From the human T2T-CHM13v2.0 reference genome, Homo sapiens: a DNA stretch of 64,000 nt. The first letter of the stretch is position 1, and each line of letters starts with the position of its first letter. Below, in pieces: positions 60,780-64,000 of the stretch. The position numbers and the translations under genes are program-made. A model generated the notes under the pieces. The model made no database searches, had not been told where the DNA came from, and saw only the letters and a list, made by a program, of their open reading frames with translations. Location: the NCBI RefSeq assembly GCF_009914755.1, contig NC_060930.1; one strand, 5' to 3'.

Positions 60780-61030
60780 TAGCATACTAGCATTCTAATG
60801 AAGAAAGCCTAGGCTTTGAAATCACTCAGATTCACATTCTATCTCTTCCAGGTTACTTCCTAAGACATCTTGGGCAGGTAAATGAACACTCAGATTCAAT
60901 TTTCTCATTGAGGATTACCAAAACCTATTTTTGAATGCTGCAATGAGAACTGCATGAAATAACCTAAGTATTTTGTTTGGCAAAATTAGACATATAGTAA
61001 ATGCAAAATAAATGGCAGTTGGTAAGCCAA
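60780..61030 (+). mobile_element. MIR
   Basis: aggctttgaaatca..., cttgggcagg.aaat.aac.ctc..caattttctcatt, acatatagtaaatgc..aataaatggcag. Confidence 0.75.
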
Positions 61031-61087
61031 TTCCTCTTTACATGTGTTAATTTGAGTGAGTCCTTCATATAAGGAGTATTTCTTGAT

Positions 61088-61203
61088 TACTAACCACTGG
61101 TTTTCTAGATTCACAAAACTATGGAAAAATCCCTGTTAAATGTTGATGGGTCCTTTGAGGGTTACATTCCATTCATTGATTGATGGCAATCTCCTAGGTA
61201 AGT
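61088..61203 (+). other. Candidate non-coding exon 61109-61197
   Basis: TACTAAC branch point, TTTTCTAG acceptor, TAG|GTAAGT donor. Confidence 0.3.
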
Positions 61204-61316
61204 AAGGCTGCAGCCATATTCTTTTGGACCCGACTGGGCTACCCAACATCAAAAAGTGGTAATTGCTATAAGTCTCCTTCAACTCCAGCTGTTCCTGTGG
61301 ATGCCTTGTCTCCTGT

Positions 61317-61820
61317 TATGTAGACAGGATAATGGTCCTCCAAAGATGTCTGCATCCTAATCCCTTGAATCTGTGAATATGGTACTTTACACGGCACAGA
61401 AACTTCAGAGATGTAATTATGTTAAGGATGTTGAGACAAGCAGTGAGGAAATTATCCTATGTTATTCAGGTAGATACAATGTAATCACAAGGTTCTTACA
61501 AGAGGAAAAAAAGGAGACACAAGAGTCAGAATCACAAAAAGATGTGATGACAGTCAGAGGTTAGACTGATGCACTTTGAAGATGAGAGAAGAGGCCATGA
61601 ACCAGGGAATGAAGGCTGCCTCTGGATGCTGATAAAGGCAAAGACATAGAGTTTCCCCTTGAACCTCTAGAAGAAATGCAGGTTGGCATTGACATTAATT
61701 TTAACCCCTTAAGATTATTTTCAGACTTTTGACTTTCAGAACTGTAAGATAATAAATTTGTGGTGTTTTCAGCCACTAAGTTTGTGGTAATTTGTTATAG
61801 CAGCTTTGGGATGCTAATGA
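61317..61820 (+). mobile_element. MLT1D-like MaLR solo LTR
   Basis: aatggtcctccaaagatgtc..catcctaatccc...cagaactgtaagataataaatttg...ttgtggtaatttgttatagcagc. Confidence 0.88.
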
Positions 61821-62309
61821 CCTATTCTACCCCTTATTTTAATAACTGACCAAGCCTCAGCCCATCATGTCTACCGAGCATGCCTAATTCCTTGGGTATG
61901 TCCAAGTTCTTTTGAATTCCAGTTGTAAGCTGTAGATGTCTGCTAGTTAGATATTTCCTTGGACTCAGCTATGCTTGCATCTGACACACCTTAATTCCAA
62001 CTTTTGGGCTTAATTCCTGAGGTACAGTCATATGGCATGCACCTCAAGGTAGCCTCTGAATGGTGACTTGCAACCTAAACCTTACATATATTCTCAAAAC
62101 TTTCCTGGAAAGCTAAATTTTGACCTCAATTTTTTTTTTATCAGAGAGTACGCATTGTACATCGTCCTTTTCTGAATAAATTAACCACAGGCTATAATCT
62201 TTATTTATTTGATGAAGAAATATGTCTTCAACATCTAAAAATCTTAATAATATACTGTATTAACTTTGTGCAGTAGGTGGCAGAAATCAGGAAATACCTG
62301 CAGCCTTTA

Positions 62310-62918
62310 TGTTGTGCAGTGAAAGGTAAACTCAGCAGACCTGGGCTACCCAAACCCCACATGCTCCAAAGGACTTCAGGACTGGCCTTTGAGTCACTCC
62401 TGGAAGATATCCTCAAAGCCCTTGGAATAGCCTGCCTGAAAAGCATGTCTTTGAGTACTTTGGGCCCTGGACAAAGCCAGATAGTTATGATGAATGCATG
62501 TTTTATTCACTTGAAGCCCAGGGCCATCAGTTTCTCATATGGAGAGGAGTTAGCTGGAGATTGAGTAGATTATGTCAGTCACGTAGGTCATTTCATGCCT
62601 ATATAACTGACCCCTAATATAATCCCAGAACACTAAAGCTTGGATGAACTTTCCTGTTTGGCAATACTTCACAAGTGTTGTCACATATTGTTGCTGGAAG
62701 AATCAACTACTGTTCATCTGACTCCTCTGAGAGAGGATAACCAAAAGTTTGCACCTAGTCTTGCTTGGACTCTGCCTATGTGCCTTTTTTCTTTGCTGAT
62801 TTTAATCTGTATTCTTTTCTGTAGTGAACCATAACCATGAGTATAACAGCTTAGCTGAGTTCTGTGAGTCCTTCTAGCAATCATCAGATCTAAGGCTGGT
62901 TTTGAGGACCACCACCAA
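62310..62918 (+). mobile_element. ERVL LTR, MER77/MER21/MER68 group
   Basis: tgttgtcacatattgttgctgg, ttgctgattttaatctgtat, ataaccatgagtataacagc..tgagttctgtgagtccttctagc. Confidence 0.78.
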
Positions 62919-64000
62919 GGTCAGACATTTTTCCGAAAGCTTAAATGATCAGATGGATAAATAAAATTACTATTCATAAACTTGCTAAGTTTTAGAATTT
63001 CATGGCAAAATAATTTCATCTGCAATGCTGACTTGGCACTTCCTGTATACACATGCATGCATTCATACACAATCTCATGTGTGAACATGCACACACACAA
63101 ACACATACATATAATACATTGTAATGCTTTGAACAATGTCTTTCTCTGATGAACAATAAATCTAGTCAATCACACAGCCTACTGCATCAGAACGTTTCAT
63201 AGAAAGATACTAGTATCTCTTTCTTTGGTGGATTGATATATAGCTGCATTATCTACTTTAAGATAGTTTGACTGAAGATGAAATGAGCTAACATGTAAAA
63301 GTGGCTGTCACAGTGCCTCTCAGAGGGGTAGACATTAAGTATCCCTTCCTTTCTTCCTTCCTCTTTCCTTCTTTCTTCTTTCCTCTTTCCCTTTCTTCAT
63401 CTCATTTTTCCATTTTGGGACAAGCAGATATTTCTTCCTATAGAACCCTCAGTTATAATCTCTGAACACCTCATCTAATAGATAAATGTTTTAGAATTTT
63501 GACTCTATTGAATTGTAGGTATAGTATCATGTGACATGCTCTTGGAGAATTTAAGAGGTAACATAGAATTCACCTTCCTTCCTGCTCTACCACCAATCAC
63601 GGCAGCATATTCTCACCACATGGCTTTATACTGTGATTCCACGCTGGCCTGTACAAATGGAGCCAAGTCAAATGGATGATGCATATAATTTCAAAATTGA
63701 GAAACCATTATTTACATAACAACAAAATAAAGGTCTTTGTTTTTCTCATGTATCAATACCTATAGGTAAGTCTATTGATTGTACTGTTGCAGAGCCTTGT
63801 TTTCTGCAAAACGTTGGCAATGTGTTATTTGAAACCAGATGTTTTCTTAAGAAATAAACCTGCTAAACTTGTTTCCTGTGGAAACTGGAAATTTGTTTTA
63901 TTTTATAGTTTAAAATGCCATAAATGCAAGATCTTCCATTGGTTGAATCAATATAGCCTTCTAAATGTGATTTCTGGTTCTAAATGTGTGCCTGTTCTAA

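Overview
AT-rich, repeat-dense human (primate) genomic DNA, intergenic or deep intronic. An AluYa5 that matches the subfamily consensus points to human. No host protein-coding exon, RNA gene or CRISPR array can be supported. The long ORFs in the track are broken LINE-1 ORF1/ORF2 pieces or spurious Alu/LTR/microsatellite frames. Main content: (1) a full-length decayed L1PB (~4.94-11.84 kb, +) carrying a young AluYa5; (2) a ~10 kb nested and rearranged LINE-1 cluster (25.95-35.86 kb) made of an old L1MA9/MB host, an inner L1MA, an antisense L1PA2, a Tigger and an MLT1A; (3) several solo LTRs, DNA transposons, Alus, MIR and L2 relics. The most notable unexplained structure: templated (inverted or displaced) insertions inside the L1s, a multi-junction rearrangement around the L1PA2, an ~108-bp degenerate palindrome next to the L1PB tail, and a run of strong plus-strand splice signals from 36 to 64 kb, including a recursive-splice-site/RS-exon-like motif at 58,067-58,115. 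Repeat subfamily names come from recalled consensus sequences and need RepeatMasker/Dfam confirmation. I found no evidence of a genuinely new multi-gene system.
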